Counted from the stretch's first letter, positions 11,935 through 23,995 are shown. The stretch: 64,000 nt of DNA from Okamejei kenojei (GCA_035221665.1 CM069151.1:20708001-20772000), one strand, 5' to 3'. Numbers and translations: made by a program. The notes: a model not told the origin generated them from the sequence alone.

Positions 11935-12670
11935 TTTAGGGGGAGAGGAACACCCCTGTCCCCCGTCTCCATCGATGGTGTGGATGTGCAGTTTACCAGG
12001 GAGTATAAAAACCTGGGAGTGTACCTGGAGAGTAAACTGGAGCCAGGAGCGCTGACGCTCTGTACAAGAAGGGACAGAGCCACCTGTACTTTTTGAGAAG
12101 GTTCAGCTCCTTCAACGTCTGCAGTGAGATTCTGCAGATGTTCTACCAATCGGTGGTAGCTAATACCATCTTCTTCGCTGCCGTGTGCTAGGGCAGCAGG
12201 GCGAAGACTGCGGACGGCCATAGGATCAGCAAAATCATCGGGAAGGCTGGCTCCGTTCTGGGGGTGGAGTTGGATCCTTGGGAAGTGGTCTTGGAGGGGA
12301 GGATGCTCCTTAAACCGTGGAGCATCCTGGACAATACAGCTCACCCCCTCCATGGCACACTGGTCAACCTGAGGAGTACCTTCAGCAACAGACTGGTTCC
12401 AGGACAGAACGCCACACGAGATCCTTCTTCCCTGTAGCTATCAAACTTTACAACTCCTCCCCCTTCTGTCGTGGGGTAGACTAAGATGGAGACTGACCCC
12501 CCCCCCCCCCCCCACACCTCCTCAATCTTTGCACATCCCCAAAGCCTTACCACTGGTCACTTTATTTTCATGTTTCATGTATTTTGTGTTTTTTATGATT
12601 GCTGGCAAATTAATTTCCCTCCTGGGATACATAAAGTTCTATTGTATCATATCGTATTGTATCATACCAT
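11935..12670 (+). mobile_element. 5'-truncated Rex1/Babar-like LINE with 3' tail, adjoining the Penelope fragment
   Basis: PLSPVSIDGVDVQFTREYKNLGVYLESKL...YKKGQSHLYFLRRFSSFNVCSEILQMFYQSVVANTIFFAAVC*...HPLH...RSFFPVAIKLYNSS; ends in ataaagtt plus an (atcgt)n-like tail. Confidence 0.85.
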
Positions 12671-12939
12671 GCTCTGATCTCTACAATAGTGTATAACCTT
12701 CAGCATCATCAAAGAATCTTCGCGGTCATGAAGTTTTTCAACAACAAATTATATCACCAAGTGTCAAATATCAATGAAATCAATGCATGCAAAGGATGCC
12801 ATACCAATTGATCAGCCAATCAAAAGGAAAGGGAATTTAATGTACTTGATTGCAATGTATCTGGTAGTGAAGATGGCCCACATTTCCTTGATTATTGTTG
12901 TTTTTTACATCATCCATTCATTTCACCCAGGTACCATCT

Positions 12940-13060
12940 ATACCTCTCACTCCCACTTCCCCTGAATCTCAGTCTGAAGAAGGGTCTCGACCCAAAACGT
13001 CCTTTTCTCCGGAAATGCTGCCTGACACACTGAGTTACTCCAGCTATTTGTGTCAGTCTT
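12940..13060 (+). mobile_element. Penelope-derived short repeat; hammerhead core with GAAA changed to AAAA
   Basis: ctcagtctgaagaagggtctcgacccaaaacgtcc...gatgctgcctgac-like...ctgagttactccagc. Confidence 0.8.
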
Positions 13061-13789
13061 TAACTCAAACCAAGTTGTTTTGAAATAGCGGGTTTGAAAG
13101 TAAAGAAAACAATTTAATGGTTGTAGCAGCAATGATATTAAAGGCAAATTTAACAGATGAATTAATCCCACATATCAAGATCCCACATATTGTAAAAATA
13201 CCTAATATTCCATAATCTTTGATAAACCGAAGTGAATTCATTGTTCCTGAAGGAAAGCAACGTGCCAGAATATTGCTGTGTACCGGCTAATGTGATCAGC
13301 CATGAGGGCTTTCTAGCTGTCAGGATTGATATTGCATTGCTTGTCATAATGCTTGAGTGCATTTTCATGTGCTTGCCTGTTTCTCAGGTTCTGTCACTGT
13401 AGATGTTCTTTTTTTTTTTTTGGTTTGTTAATTATTTATAATGTGACTGAGGAGCCCTGAAAAGGTTGTTTGAGTCAGCATGCCTTTTGTGATGGCGGGC
13501 TTGGTCAATGAGAGATCATGAATTTGTTCATTTTTCTCAGCAATATAATAGAATAATGGACAAGTGCTGGGCATGACACGTCACATACCTAATGAGTAGA
13601 TGTCACATCCCTGCCGAACAGTGTTGTTAGCAGCCTGACTTGTGTACATACAGCATTGTCGAGAGTTTGACTTCACATTCAATTCAGATTTGTTTTCTAT
13701 ATCCCCAACTGCAGTTGCAACAAAGAATCACCATCCCATTAACATTAACTTTAGTTGTCCCTGTGCATTTGCATTTTACTGGATATATT

Positions 13790-14070
13790 AACAAGAAAGG
13801 TACTATCCATTTAAAACAGAAATGGGGTGATTTTGTTTTCTCTGGGGAAAGTTGAGAATCTGGAACTCTCTTACTAAAAAGGTGGTGGAAGCAAAGTCTT
13901 TAAATATTTTGACGGCAAAGCGAGTAAAATCTTTTTAAGGAAGCGGGTCTGGTGGTTATCGCTGGTGGACTGGGATGAGGAATGGAGGCTGCAATCAGAT
14001 CAGCTCTGATCTTATTAAATGGGCAGAGCAGGCTTGAGGGGTTGAATGGTCCACTCTTGCTCCTAATCTC
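13790..14070 (+). mobile_element. CR1/HER1 3' fragment
   Basis: gaatctggaactctct...ggtggtggaagc...aatatttttgacggcaaag...gatcagctctgatcttattaaatggg...gaatggtccactcttgctcct. Confidence 0.75.
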
Positions 14071-14829
14071 TGAAAATGCCCCCAGACATCCCAACTACTA
14101 AATCAGCATCATGCACATCCGTGCAGGTCCAACACTGGAGCATTTCCAGCCATGACCCTGGCAGTGCGTCGCCATGTCCCTCAAGCCACTTGGATCTCAG
14201 TGAATTAGATTCAGTCAGCTTTTTCCTTCAACAATACCTATTAATTTGTAGCAATAAGCTTGGATCAGAGCAGATATTTTTGTTATAGACTTTCTGCAGC
14301 AGAGTTGTGATCAGAGAAAAGGTTGTGATGTACTTATCAGTGAGAACTAACACCAAAAAATATTTTAGTGCTCTAATGCATGCAAGTTTTGGTCCACTGC
14401 ACCAGTATGATTTTTATATTAGCGCAGCATCTATTTTTGTTGAATGAATCAACCTAGAAATCCATAAATAATCACGACTGAACAGTGCGAAATTCCGGCT
14501 TCTGTGAAATACAAGTTTAAAGTTCACTGATGCATATTACTTATGTAACTTTATGTTCCAGAGTCAACAATTGTTGTCCAGCAGCCACTTTTTAAGTAAC
14601 ACGCAAGCTGAACAAAACAAGCTCACGTGAGGAGCCACTTTCCAATATCTCAACACGCACAATTAGTGTACTTTTGGTCAGAAAATATGATTGAGTCATA
14701 CTGAGGCTTCAACGGTATTGCAACAATATCACTGTCCACCATTTCAAAGATAATAAACAAGATAAAACTCTCACTTTCAGGAACAAATATGGCAAGAAAC
14801 AAACATTTAGAATAATTACAATTATCCTG

Positions 14830-15135
14830 CAGCTGGTAGAACTGCTGCCTCATCATTCTAGAGACCCCGGTTTAATCTTGACCTCAAATGATGTCTGTGT
14901 GCAGTTTGTTCATTCTCACTGTGACTCTGTAGGTTTCCTCCAGATGCTCCAGTTTCTTTCCACATCCCAAGGATGTAGGTTGATTCACCTTTGTAGATTG
15001 CCGCGAGTGGGGAGTGGATGCAAAAGTGGGATAACATGGAACAAGCGTGAATGGGTGACGGATGCCCAGTGTGAACTCAGTGGGCCGAAGTGCCTGCTTC
15101 AATGCTGTGTCTCTAAAACCGAAACTGAAACTATA
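14830..15135 (+). mobile_element. HE1-type V-SINE
   Basis: Head with B-box-like ggtttaatc, V-domain ggtttcctccagatgctccagtttctttccacatcccaagga, and tail gtgggccgaagtgcctgcttc...tctctaaaaccgaaactgaaact. Confidence 0.8.
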
Positions 15136-15787
15136 TGTGTGTAAACCAAAACCAAAACTATATATGTTGTAAATGGGTTAGTCGAGAAAAATCTGCATTT
15201 GCAATCAGTTGCAAATTGTACCAGCAGCCACTGATATAATAAGCTTCACACTTCACCCAACAAATTGACACCCACCTAACACTCATGCCATGCTTACAGA
15301 ACGGAGACACAATGGGATGTGGTGGATGGGTTAAAAATAAGCTATTGAGTTAAGAATGCATCAGAGAAATGAATCAGTGCCAATTACCTAGGCCCAAAAC
15401 ATTAGCAGTTTGTTGTCCCATAAACCAACCCACAGCATTTAACATTCTTCACCGCATCACAATCAAACTTAATGGTTTATTCAAAAATCTGCAAACACTT
15501 GTTTTATTCTGTTACAACCTTTTGTGACGGAATGTTGCTATTTATACTACAAAGATTTTGAGACGTAAAGGAGCTCACCTCACTGATGTGCAGCTGGAAA
15601 TTTCTCAATTTTTATTTATTATGTATAATAGAATCTGAGTCATGCTAATGCACTCTGACAAGATCCTCAACAAAGTTGGGAGTGAATTCAGAGATCCCTG
15701 TTTCATCAAGTTTCCCCGTTTCATCAAGTTATTTTTGGCAGTGCAATATATCAACTCTTCCTTTTCCACTTCCTGTGCTCTAGAATA

Positions 15788-16005
15788 GGGCGGTCACAGA
15801 GGCGCAGCAGTAAAGTCACTGCCTTACAGCGCCGAAGACGCGGGTTCGATCCCGACTATGGGTGCTGTCTGTACGGAGTTTGCACGTTCTTCCCGTGATC
15901 GCGCAGGTTTTCTCCGAGATCTTCGGTTTCCTCCCACACTCTGAAGACGCACAGGTATATAGGTATGTAGGTTAATTGGCTTTGTGGCTGTATAAATTGT
16001 CCCTA
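15788..16005 (+). mobile_element. HE1-type V-SINE, joined to a CR1 3' tail at about 16005-16200
   Basis: tRNA-derived head with A-box-like ggcgcagcagtaa and B-box GGTTCGATCCC; V-domain tttgcacgttcttcccgtg...cggtttcctcccacactc. Confidence 0.9.
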
Positions 16006-16387
16006 GCGGAACAGGCTGCCAGGGGAAGTAGGCAGGTAAAAGGACAGCATTTAAAACACATTTGGGCAGGTACGTGGACATGAAATGCAGATGCATTGGG
16101 CCAAATGCAGATCAATGGGACTAGTTTAGATGGGGTATCTTGATCTGCATAGACAAGTTGGGATGAAGGGCCTGTTTCCATGGTGTAAGACTATGACACA
16201 TTGTAGATAGGGTGCAATTGCTCTGGAGAGGATACAGAGGCGATTTATGAAGTTGTTGGCAGGGCTGGAATTTTTTTTTCACTTTGAAGAAAGATTTGAT
16301 AACTGGGATTGTATCTCTACAGCAGAAGAAAAGGCTTAGTTGAGATGAATAAAATTATGAGAATAGGACCTGTTTCGCTTAACAAAG

Positions 16388-16515
16388 AGTGTAGGAAGGA
16401 ACTGCAGGTGCTGGTTTAAACTGAAGATAGACACAAAAAGCTGGAATAACTCAGCGGGACAGGCAGCATCTCTGGAGAGAAAGAATGGGTGATGTTTCGG
16501 GTCGAAACCTTCAGA
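16388..16515 (-). mobile_element. Penelope-derived short repeat
   Basis: gtgtaggaaggaactgcaggtgctggtttaaactgaagatagacacaaaaagctggaataactcagcgggacaggcagcatctctggagag...gtgatgtttcgggtcgaaacc. Confidence 0.8.
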
Positions 16516-16662
16516 GTGAAGAGGTTGAAAACCAGCCATATAGTTGTAAAACACAATGACTGGAGATTGTGTTATCCAACTAAGGGCAGAAATCAGAATC
16601 ATGTGTTCATCTTTATTGACGTGACACCATAATAAATATACTACAGAAAATATAATTTAATG

Positions 16663-16937
16663 GGGTGGCACGGAGGCGCAGCGGTAGAGTTGCTGCCTTG
16701 CAGCACCACTGACCCAGATTTGATCCTGACTACGGGTGCTGTCTGTACAGAATTTGTACATTCTCCCTATGACCACATGGGTTTTCTCTGGATATTCCAG
16801 TTTCTCTCACATCCGAAAGAAGCGCAGGTTTGTAGGTTAATTGGCTTCTGTAAATTGTCCGTGGCGTGTAGGATACAACTGGTGTAAGGTAGATTGCTGG
16901 TCAGTGTGGACTTGGTGGGCCGAAGGGCCTGTTTCCA
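16663..16937 (+). mobile_element. HE1-type V-SINE, full length
   Basis: gggtggcacggaggcgcagcggtagagttgctgcc head, V-domain, and ggtgggccgaagggcctgtttcc tail. Confidence 0.9.
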
Positions 16938-17099
16938 TATATATGTTTTACATATATATCTTAATTTAATTGAACCATATACTTAGTTGAATATGCGGCA
17001 TTATTTTAATCTTGTCTCTATAGTCAAAGAGTAATATTGATTAATTTATTTGTGCAGAACAGTGATATGGAATCTCTCTCTCTCTCTCTCTCTCTCACC

Positions 17100-17595
17100 A
17101 AGTCAGTCATACAAATAAAAAGCAATGGAACACACAAAGTACATTTTAACATAAACATCCACCACAGTGACTCCTTCACATTCCTCACTGCGATGAAAGG
17201 CGAAATAAAATTCAAATCTCTTCCCGCGGTCGGGGGCCTCGAGCCCTACGTTGACGGAACGATCTTGACTCCTGTAGCCGGCGGTGTTTGGGCCCTCCGC
17301 ATCGGGGGGATGTCAGTTCTCCCGCGCTGGCAATCGGACCCTGGGTCGGGGCTGGCCGACCCTCTGCTTCGTTGGAGCTTCCCGACTAGCCTCTTCCGAG
17401 ACTGCGAGCTCTTGATGGTAAGTCGCAAGCAAGGGATCGACTCCGAAGTTGTCCACGCCCCGCGGTGGGCTCAAGTCAGTCCAAAGAGGCCTCCAGCTCC
17501 ATCGATGGAAGGCCGCAGAGCGACCGGAGATGCGACCCGGAAAAAAAAAAATCACATTTCTGCCAAGGTAAGAAACTGAAAAAAAAGTTTCTGTT
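17100..17595 (-). mobile_element. CpG-rich non-autonomous retroelement, same family as 55655-56370
   Basis: Colinear similarity to 55710-56250 (aataaaaagcaat.gaacacacaaa...cattcctcactg.gatg...ggtcgggggcc...ggagcttcccgact...ggcctccagctcca...ggccgcagagcgaccggagat). Confidence 0.7.
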
Positions 17596-18190
17596 TCTGA
17601 CAAAAGACCTGTTTCCGTGTTGTACAAGTCTATGACTCCAACAAAGCTGGTTTGATAGTCTGGCTATGAAGAGACGCTTTAATACAATCACACCTTGGTT
17701 GGAAAATACATGGATCCAAAACTACTTACCGTATAATTTAAATACCTACAAAAGTAAATGGGAAATATTTTATCCATTGGTATCAGAGTGGTAGTTGTGA
17801 TCCATTGAACGGCAATGTTGAAATAATTCTGTTTTATTTTCAGTTGCTACTGAAGGAACAATGGAGGACCTGGCGTGGGGGGACCACCATGAGAGAGTGG
17901 GGGGGGGGGGGGGGGGGGGGGGGGACGACAAAGGGGAACCTGGCAACCTCTATATGACGACTAGTTGCAAACCAAAGAATTTCACTGTGACTTGTCACGT
18001 GACAATAAAGTTTTCATTCATTCAAGGTTAAATTCTGTTCTGTGGCACTTCTATTGTGTGAATTAGGATAGGCTCAGAATAGATCTGGCAGCTCAAAGGT
18101 GTGCCCATGAGGCACTGTGGACTATCTGTGACAGTAGAAAAACACACCACCGCAAGCTGTTATCTCAAGGCCAGCATTACTCTCTCTCTC

Positions 18191-18760
18191 AAGGGCCTGT
18201 CCTACCAGCATCCGACTCCATGCAGTGAGCGCGACCAAACCAGCAGCGGGGGCCGCGCGGAGGTCAGGTGATCCCTGTACAGGGCCGTTCCCACCAGCAT
18301 GCGCCTGCATGCGAAGAGCGCGACCAAACCGGCAGCGGGGGCCGCGCGAAGGTCGGGTGAGTGGCGCAACGCGGCGGGAAGTGAGGCGAACTTGGAGCAA
18401 AGTCTGAAAGGTAAGTTCGCCAGGACAGAGAGGGACACACAGAGAGGGGCACAGAGGCACACACAGAGAGGGCCATGGAGCCACACACAGAGAGGGTCAC
18501 GGAGGCACCTACAGAGAGGGTCACGGAGGCACGACGTCGAGGCGGTGTGTAATACGTCGAGGCGACTGCGAGCCGACAAACCGTTGCCGCGTGGAATTTT
18601 TGAACATGGTCAGTTTTTCGGAGCCCCGCGCGATGTCGGGACAAACTCCGCACGGCTCCGGCGATCGAAGTGGGACCGGCCCCGCGACGCCGGACAGCTC
18701 AAGCGACCACGTGAGGTCGTGCTCATTGCATGGAGTTGCATGCTAGTGGGACAGGCCCTT
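18191..18760. mobile_element. MITE with terminal inverted repeats (TIRs) of about 46 bp starting AAGGGCCTGTCC; probably PIF/Harbinger-type
   Basis: Left aagggcctgtcctaccagcatccgactccatgcagtgagcgcgacc versus reverse complement of the right end aagggcctgtcccactagcatgcaactccatgcaatgagcacgacc; CpG-rich, with internal tandem repeats at 18420-18530. Confidence 0.85.
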
Positions 18761-18794
18761 CATTTTACAATTACACCAAGGCAGGGGATAACCC

Positions 18795-19290
18795 TTAATT
18801 CAATGAGGAGTGCAGAAGGACATGCTGGGAGCTGCAGGTACTTCACCCTACAAACATGGAGATTCCAGCCTGAAGATGCTGCAACACAGAACTAAATACA
18901 TTCCAAAGAGAAAAGAGAAGCAGTACGCCATAGGCTGAACTAAGCAATTTGATTAAGTTCAACTCATCAAGGGGTTGTAATCAGAGCCTATATGGTTACG
19001 AATGGTGGTGGACAATTAAACAGCTAACAGGAGGACAGACTCCAAGAAGATCCAATCTTCAAGAATGGCAGGATGCTGAGGCCAAGGCTGAAGCATTTGC
19101 AACCATGTTCCACCAAACGTATCAAAGCATTGATCCATCTCAGCTTCCCCGACATCCCCAACATCACAAAAATCAGTTTCTCAAAATTCAATGGTTTGAG
19201 TCACCCCACATGAAATAACCATGAACACGAGATATAAGACCAAACATTTCAACTATGGTAATGCAGACTTGCACTCGAGAACTAGTGTGC
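18795..19290 (+). mobile_element. Decayed non-LTR retrotransposon ORF2 linker region (CR1/L2 group)
   Basis: NEECRR.C...EWWWTIKQLTGG...AKAEAFATMF...IDPS motifs typical of the endonuclease-RT linker of shark LINEs. Confidence 0.65.
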
Positions 19291-20015
19291 ATTGATGGGA
19301 TACTTTCCATCATTGGCCAAGGCAGGGAATATAAGAGTAGGAAGAGTAATGGTTAGGCCATAAGCCAGAATAATGCACATCATTCTGGTAGCCAAATTGC
19401 AGGAAGATCACAATCACATAGAAGGAGGTGCAGAGGAGGTTCACCAAGATATAACCTACAATGAAGCATTTCTATATCATGATTGGCAGATTTATTAGGC
19501 TGAGTTTATCTTCCTTGGTGCACAGAAGATTGTATACAAAATTATGGGCAATAATACGATATAAAGAGGAGGGCATTTTTCCCTCTTGGAGAGGAGTCTA
19601 AAATTGGAGGGCATAAATTTTTGCTATGAGGTAAGAGGTTTACAGGGGCTCTGAAAAAGAATGTTTGCACCTAGAGTGTGGTTTTATTGGGAAAGCACTG
19701 CCTCAGTGGGTGGTGAAGGTAGAGATTCACACAACATTGAAGAAGTATCTGGACCACAACTTCAATCAGCGAGATATAGAAGGCTGCAGACCAAAGGCTG
19801 GTAAGAAGAACTTGTAAAGACAGGTGTGTACGAAGGAGCTGCAGATGCTGGTTTAAACCAAAGATAGATACAAAAAGCTGGAGTAACTCAGCGGGACAGG
19901 CAGCAACTCTGGAGAGAAGGAATGGGTGAGGTTTCGGGTCACAGGTGTTGAGCAGTCAACATGGACATGTTGTGCCAATTGGATCTTTTCTACGCTGCAT
20001 GACTTTACAACTCTG
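19290..20015 (+). mobile_element. Decayed CR1 LINE 3' part with a nested Penelope-derived repeat at about 19826-19940
   Basis: ggtgcagaggaggttcaccaagat (VQRRFTR-like), ggagggcataaattt, CR1 tail; the nested unit is flanked by acaggtgt on both sides. Confidence 0.7.
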
Positions 20016-20519
20016 TGAGATCCAGCAGTATTAGCAGCAAAGTTAATGTTGTAGATCAGTGACCGTTCATCAAAACTGTCATGATTAGATCGGTCTTAAT
20101 GAAAGTTATCAACCTGAAATATCAACTCTGTTTCCCACTTTCTAAATCCCATCCTTCTGCTGAATATATCCAGAATTGTCTCTTTTTATTATTAAATAAA
20201 TAATGTATGCAGTTTATTGTTCTATTTGCTGGTTTCTTAATTACAAAAGTCAATCTTGCTTGTAATTAGCAATCATACCAATATTTCATCCCTGTCATAT
20301 TAGGCAAGCCTCTTGTCACACATAAAGGTAGATAATGAGACATTGCAATTCTTGATTAACCTTCACATCAAATGTACAATCATTTGATCCATAGGGCATA
20401 TTAATCCTATAAATTATTGGAACATGCAATTAATAAACAAAGTGCACCTGTGATACAAAGACTAGGTCATTAAAAATGTAAAAATATTATGGCAGTGCAT
20501 CGAATATTAGCTCTTCAAT

Positions 20520-20690
20520 GAATTACTTGCATCGTGTGGCATCTTTCATGAGCTTAGAACATTCTAAAGTGCTTTAAAACCAATATCGTACTTACAAGGG
20601 GCAGACACAGTTGTAAAAAGGGAAAATAAAACATCAAACGTGTGCACAGCATGCTGCCATAAACACATGATTATCTGTTTTATCGCCACA
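20520..20690 (-). mobile_element. Ancient Deu-domain SINE fragment (SacSINE1/AmnSINE1-like)
   Basis: acttgcatcgtgtggcatctttcatgagcttagaacattctaaagtgcttta...gtgcacagcatgctgccataaaca...attatctgttt resembles the reverse complement of the Deu domain and 3' tail as I recall it. Confidence 0.55.
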
Positions 20691-21379
20691 AGTCACATCA
20701 CATGAGTCCAAGAAAATTATAACAATGCCTATGGGCACATCGAGCAGCCAGCTGTGGCGCGTACGATGTGCTCCAGCACTAGCTGTGCTTCAAGCCAAGT
20801 TGTTGTACTGCAAATCCATTAATCACATAATCCAGAAATTGCCCAGGTATGATTTATCCACAAGGAGGACTAATTCATTTCTCAATTACATTCCCAATTG
20901 ACAAATACAGATTGCCAAGTAACATTCATGCACTGCAAGTGCAAGGCAATAATCATCTCCACCAACTGTGAATTTAACTACCTTTTTTACTATTCACTAA
21001 AAAAGAAGCAACATGACCTGCTCTGCTATACATTATCACAGCTGACCTTTCACCTCCACGCCACTTACACCAATCAATGCCCCACGATTCCATTAACATC
21101 CACAAATCTGTTCACCTCGACCTGGAATGTACTCCACCATTGAGTCTCTACAACCTTCTCAAGCAGAAAATTCCCAAGATTCATTACTCTCTGGGTGAAA
21201 AAATTGTTCCCATCTCTGGTTCTGCAAGGATGACTTGTTATTTTGAGACTGTAAACCCCCGATTCTACACACTCTCAAGGAAATAATTACCCTGCCAAGT
21301 CCAGAAAAATATTTGCACATTCCATATTTTTTAATTCATGAAAACTGTAGCCCAGTTTGCTCAATGTTTCCACTTACAG

Positions 21380-21720
21380 CATAGAGTCATTCATTAGACT
21401 GCGCTCTTCAGCACACTGAATCCACAATAACCACCACGCACCCATTTATACTAATCCTACACCAATCCCACTGTATTCTTCTCTTATTTCTGGCAACTCC
21501 CGCCTGATTCGACCACTTAGTTACACACTAAAGGCAATTTGCAGCTTCCAATTAACCTATCAACCCGCAGTCCTTGAGACATGTGAGGAAACTAGAGTAC
21601 CCAGAATAAATGCATGCAGGATGAATATACAAATTCCACCCAGGCAGCAACAGATGTCCGAACTAAATCTGAGTCATTGGAGCTGCGACGCAGCTGCTCC
21701 ACTGTCTCAGTCACTATACC
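21380..21720 (-). mobile_element. HE1-type V-SINE, diverged
   Basis: acacactaaaggcaattt...aattaacctatcaacccgcagtccttgagacatgtgaggaaactagagtaccc...ggagctgcgacgcagctgctccactg. Confidence 0.7.
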
Positions 21721-21789
21721 ACCACTAGATTGTTATGCGCGCCTCTGTTACACTCCCTCTGTCACTTATATAGTGTTCATTGAAAATGG

Positions 21790-22260
21790 AGTCCAGCCCA
21801 TTCTTTCTTTGTTGCTGGCCGAAAACCTTGAACTCCCTGCCTCGCACAGGCGTGCAAATACTTTCACAACACGAACTGAAGTAGTTCAAGAAGGCAGCTC
21901 ACTGCCACTCTTGCGAGGACAACTCATGGTGACCAAACAAAGCCATTCATCCAAAGGTCATTCAGACATTCAAGCCAAAGGTCATTCATCAAGACTACCG
22001 ACTTGAAGGGGAAGAGCAAAATATTCATGGAGACACCATCCGCCACAAGTCATGAATCATCTTGACTTGGAAATGCATCATTTTTATTTCTTCAAAGCTG
22101 GGTCATAATTCTGACATTGCAAAATGACAGGTTATGTGCTGGGGTGTCAGCACTGCGCCTACTGCTGATGTTCAAGGAGGCAGCTCAAAATCATTTTGCA
22201 CTGAGCAGTCTGGGATCGGCTGCACACGCTCGTATCGAGCAAATCATTCACATATTGTGA
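21790..22260 (+). mobile_element. Two old LINE 3'-end fragments
   Basis: Repeated motif gttcaag(a/g)aggcagctca at 21884 and 22170, with preceding gctgggtc and gaactccctgcct segments. Confidence 0.55.
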
Positions 22261-23329
22261 AAGAATTTTAAGGAACCCCAACACCATTGTTTTTTTCCCC
22301 AAAACAAATATAGTTAAAATAAATGAATATCCCAAAACCCAGCAAAGTGGGTTGGCCAGGAAATGGCATGGAGTCAGAGAAGGCATAATAATGCAAGCTC
22401 CACAAATTCACAAACATTCACCAAAAATGCATCCAAGTTTCAATTACTCTAAACAGTTTCAACTGCTTGGTCACTGCAACTAATATAAGCCTTGTTTTAA
22501 GTTTTTCTAAAGTACTTAGGATTGTTTGAAGAAATGTAATTTCCTCATTTATTCTAAATCACCATAATCAGACTTTGTTTCCAGAAATCAGTACAAGTAA
22601 GAATGCTACAATAAGCAGTTATTGGCTTTAAGGAATTAAAATATCCTTACTTCTACATTACCCACATCAGTCAGTAAATATTAAGCAGGCATTGAAACTG
22701 GCAAATGTGATAAATGTACTTGCTTTTACGAAAGCTGGTGCTTGATTTGCATATTAACGTGACTGCATTCAGGGGCATATAAGTATAAATAACGTGAGCA
22801 CCAGAAATTAATTCAGCACGCTAAAAATAATTATCCTCACAAGAATTGATTACACGTGAATAAACACGCCAGCCTCCAAATCAGCTACTTCAGGTTTCTA
22901 AACACAACCCAAAGTGCCACTTTGTCTGTCTCATTGACATGAAGCACATGATTATCATGATCTGGTGCATCACATTAACCACTAATAATTCTGCCGTCGA
23001 AAAGAATGATCAGTTAAAGAATTTGTGGAATGTAAATCATATCTTTAGTAAATCAATTAACCTCACGATAAATTATTAAAACACCAGGAAATGCCCTATG
23101 GCTTCACTCAAGATGAGGTGCTAATGCACTGTTTTCTGAGAATAGAAACGTTCTGCCTGGTGTTATCAGGCCAGTCAAATTCCATTATCTTCATGTGTGG
23201 GAATGTTTTCTTAAAAATTGAAGTTTCATTAATCTATTTGTGCCTGCAGCTGAATGAACTCAATTATGTAAACATTGGATTGTGTTGCCTTTTTTTTAAA
23301 GACCTTGAGTACATTAAAAGTTATTTATT

Positions 23330-23620
23330 TCTTCTTAGGCAGTCCCTCATGATTAAGGATGACTTGATTCCACTCCACTTGTATGGGTTCTGAGGTGGCT
23401 GTTGAGGCCGTTGTGCGATCCAGAGACCCTTCCACAGTGTTGGCGGCACTTGGGGTTATTTGTAATATGACGTTGTCTTTCTACTGGGTATGTAGAGCTT
23501 CTGTGGGCTCCGAGTGCACAGTCTTGTGGTTCTCAATATCCTCTTAAATTGTCCCTCTCCACTTGAACAGTCATGGCCAAAGGTTCACAGGAGTCTGTGA
23601 GAATGTTGCACTTCTTCTGA
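23330..23620 (-). mobile_element. RTE-clade LINE 3' end
   Basis: ttcttcttaggcagtccctcatgattaaggatgacttgattccactc...gtgcgatccagagacccttccacagt; the reverse strand encodes a C-terminal Cys-x2-Cys-like segment and a gaa-type tail. Confidence 0.6.
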
Positions 23621-23782
23621 TCACCTAATAATCACCTTCATATGAGAACTCCAATCAGATCACCTGTTTCAGGCAAAACAAGTGTATCCAGCAAAAGTAG
23701 CCGAATAAGGCTCCTCATGGGCCTAGGAAATGACACTAACGTTGATTTGCTTTTCCTGCCAGTGAATTTGGATGCTCTGCAG

Positions 23783-23995
23783 AAGTTCATAAGTTCTAGG
23801 AGCAGAATTAGGCTACTCAGCCCACCAAGTCTACTCCACCATTCAATCATGGCTGATCTAGCTTTCCCTCTCAACCCCATTCTCCTGTCCGCACCCCATA
23901 TTGCTGACACCCTTACTAATCAAGAATCTGTCAACCTTCGCCTTAAAAATGCCAATTGACTTGGCCTCAACAGCCGTCCGTGGCAATGAATTCCA
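23783..23995 (-). mobile_element. HER1/CR1 3' tail
   Basis: aggagcagaattaggctactcagcccaccaagtctactccaccattcaatcatggctgatc...gtggcaatgaattccac. Confidence 0.85.

Noticed and set aside
15788-15860. tRNA-like sequence with A and B boxes (also near 16663, 29273, 32440 and 39441)
   Set aside because: These are tRNA-derived heads of HE1 SINEs, continuous with the V-domain, and do not form a complete cloverleaf.
17037-17691. 180-aa ORF and overlapping antisense ORFs
   Set aside because: They span a non-coding repeat whose second copy (55655-56370) does not keep the frame.
17898-17924. Long poly-G run (and poly-C runs near 136-151, 12496-12513 and 51057-51080) as G-quadruplex elements
   Set aside because: Simple homopolymers, mostly inside repeats, with unreliable assembled length and no evidence of function.
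18122-18895. Longest ORFs in the track (up to 198 aa)
   Set aside because: They lie within a GC-rich MITE with internal tandem repeats, are open on both strands because stop codons are scarce, and show no protein motifs.
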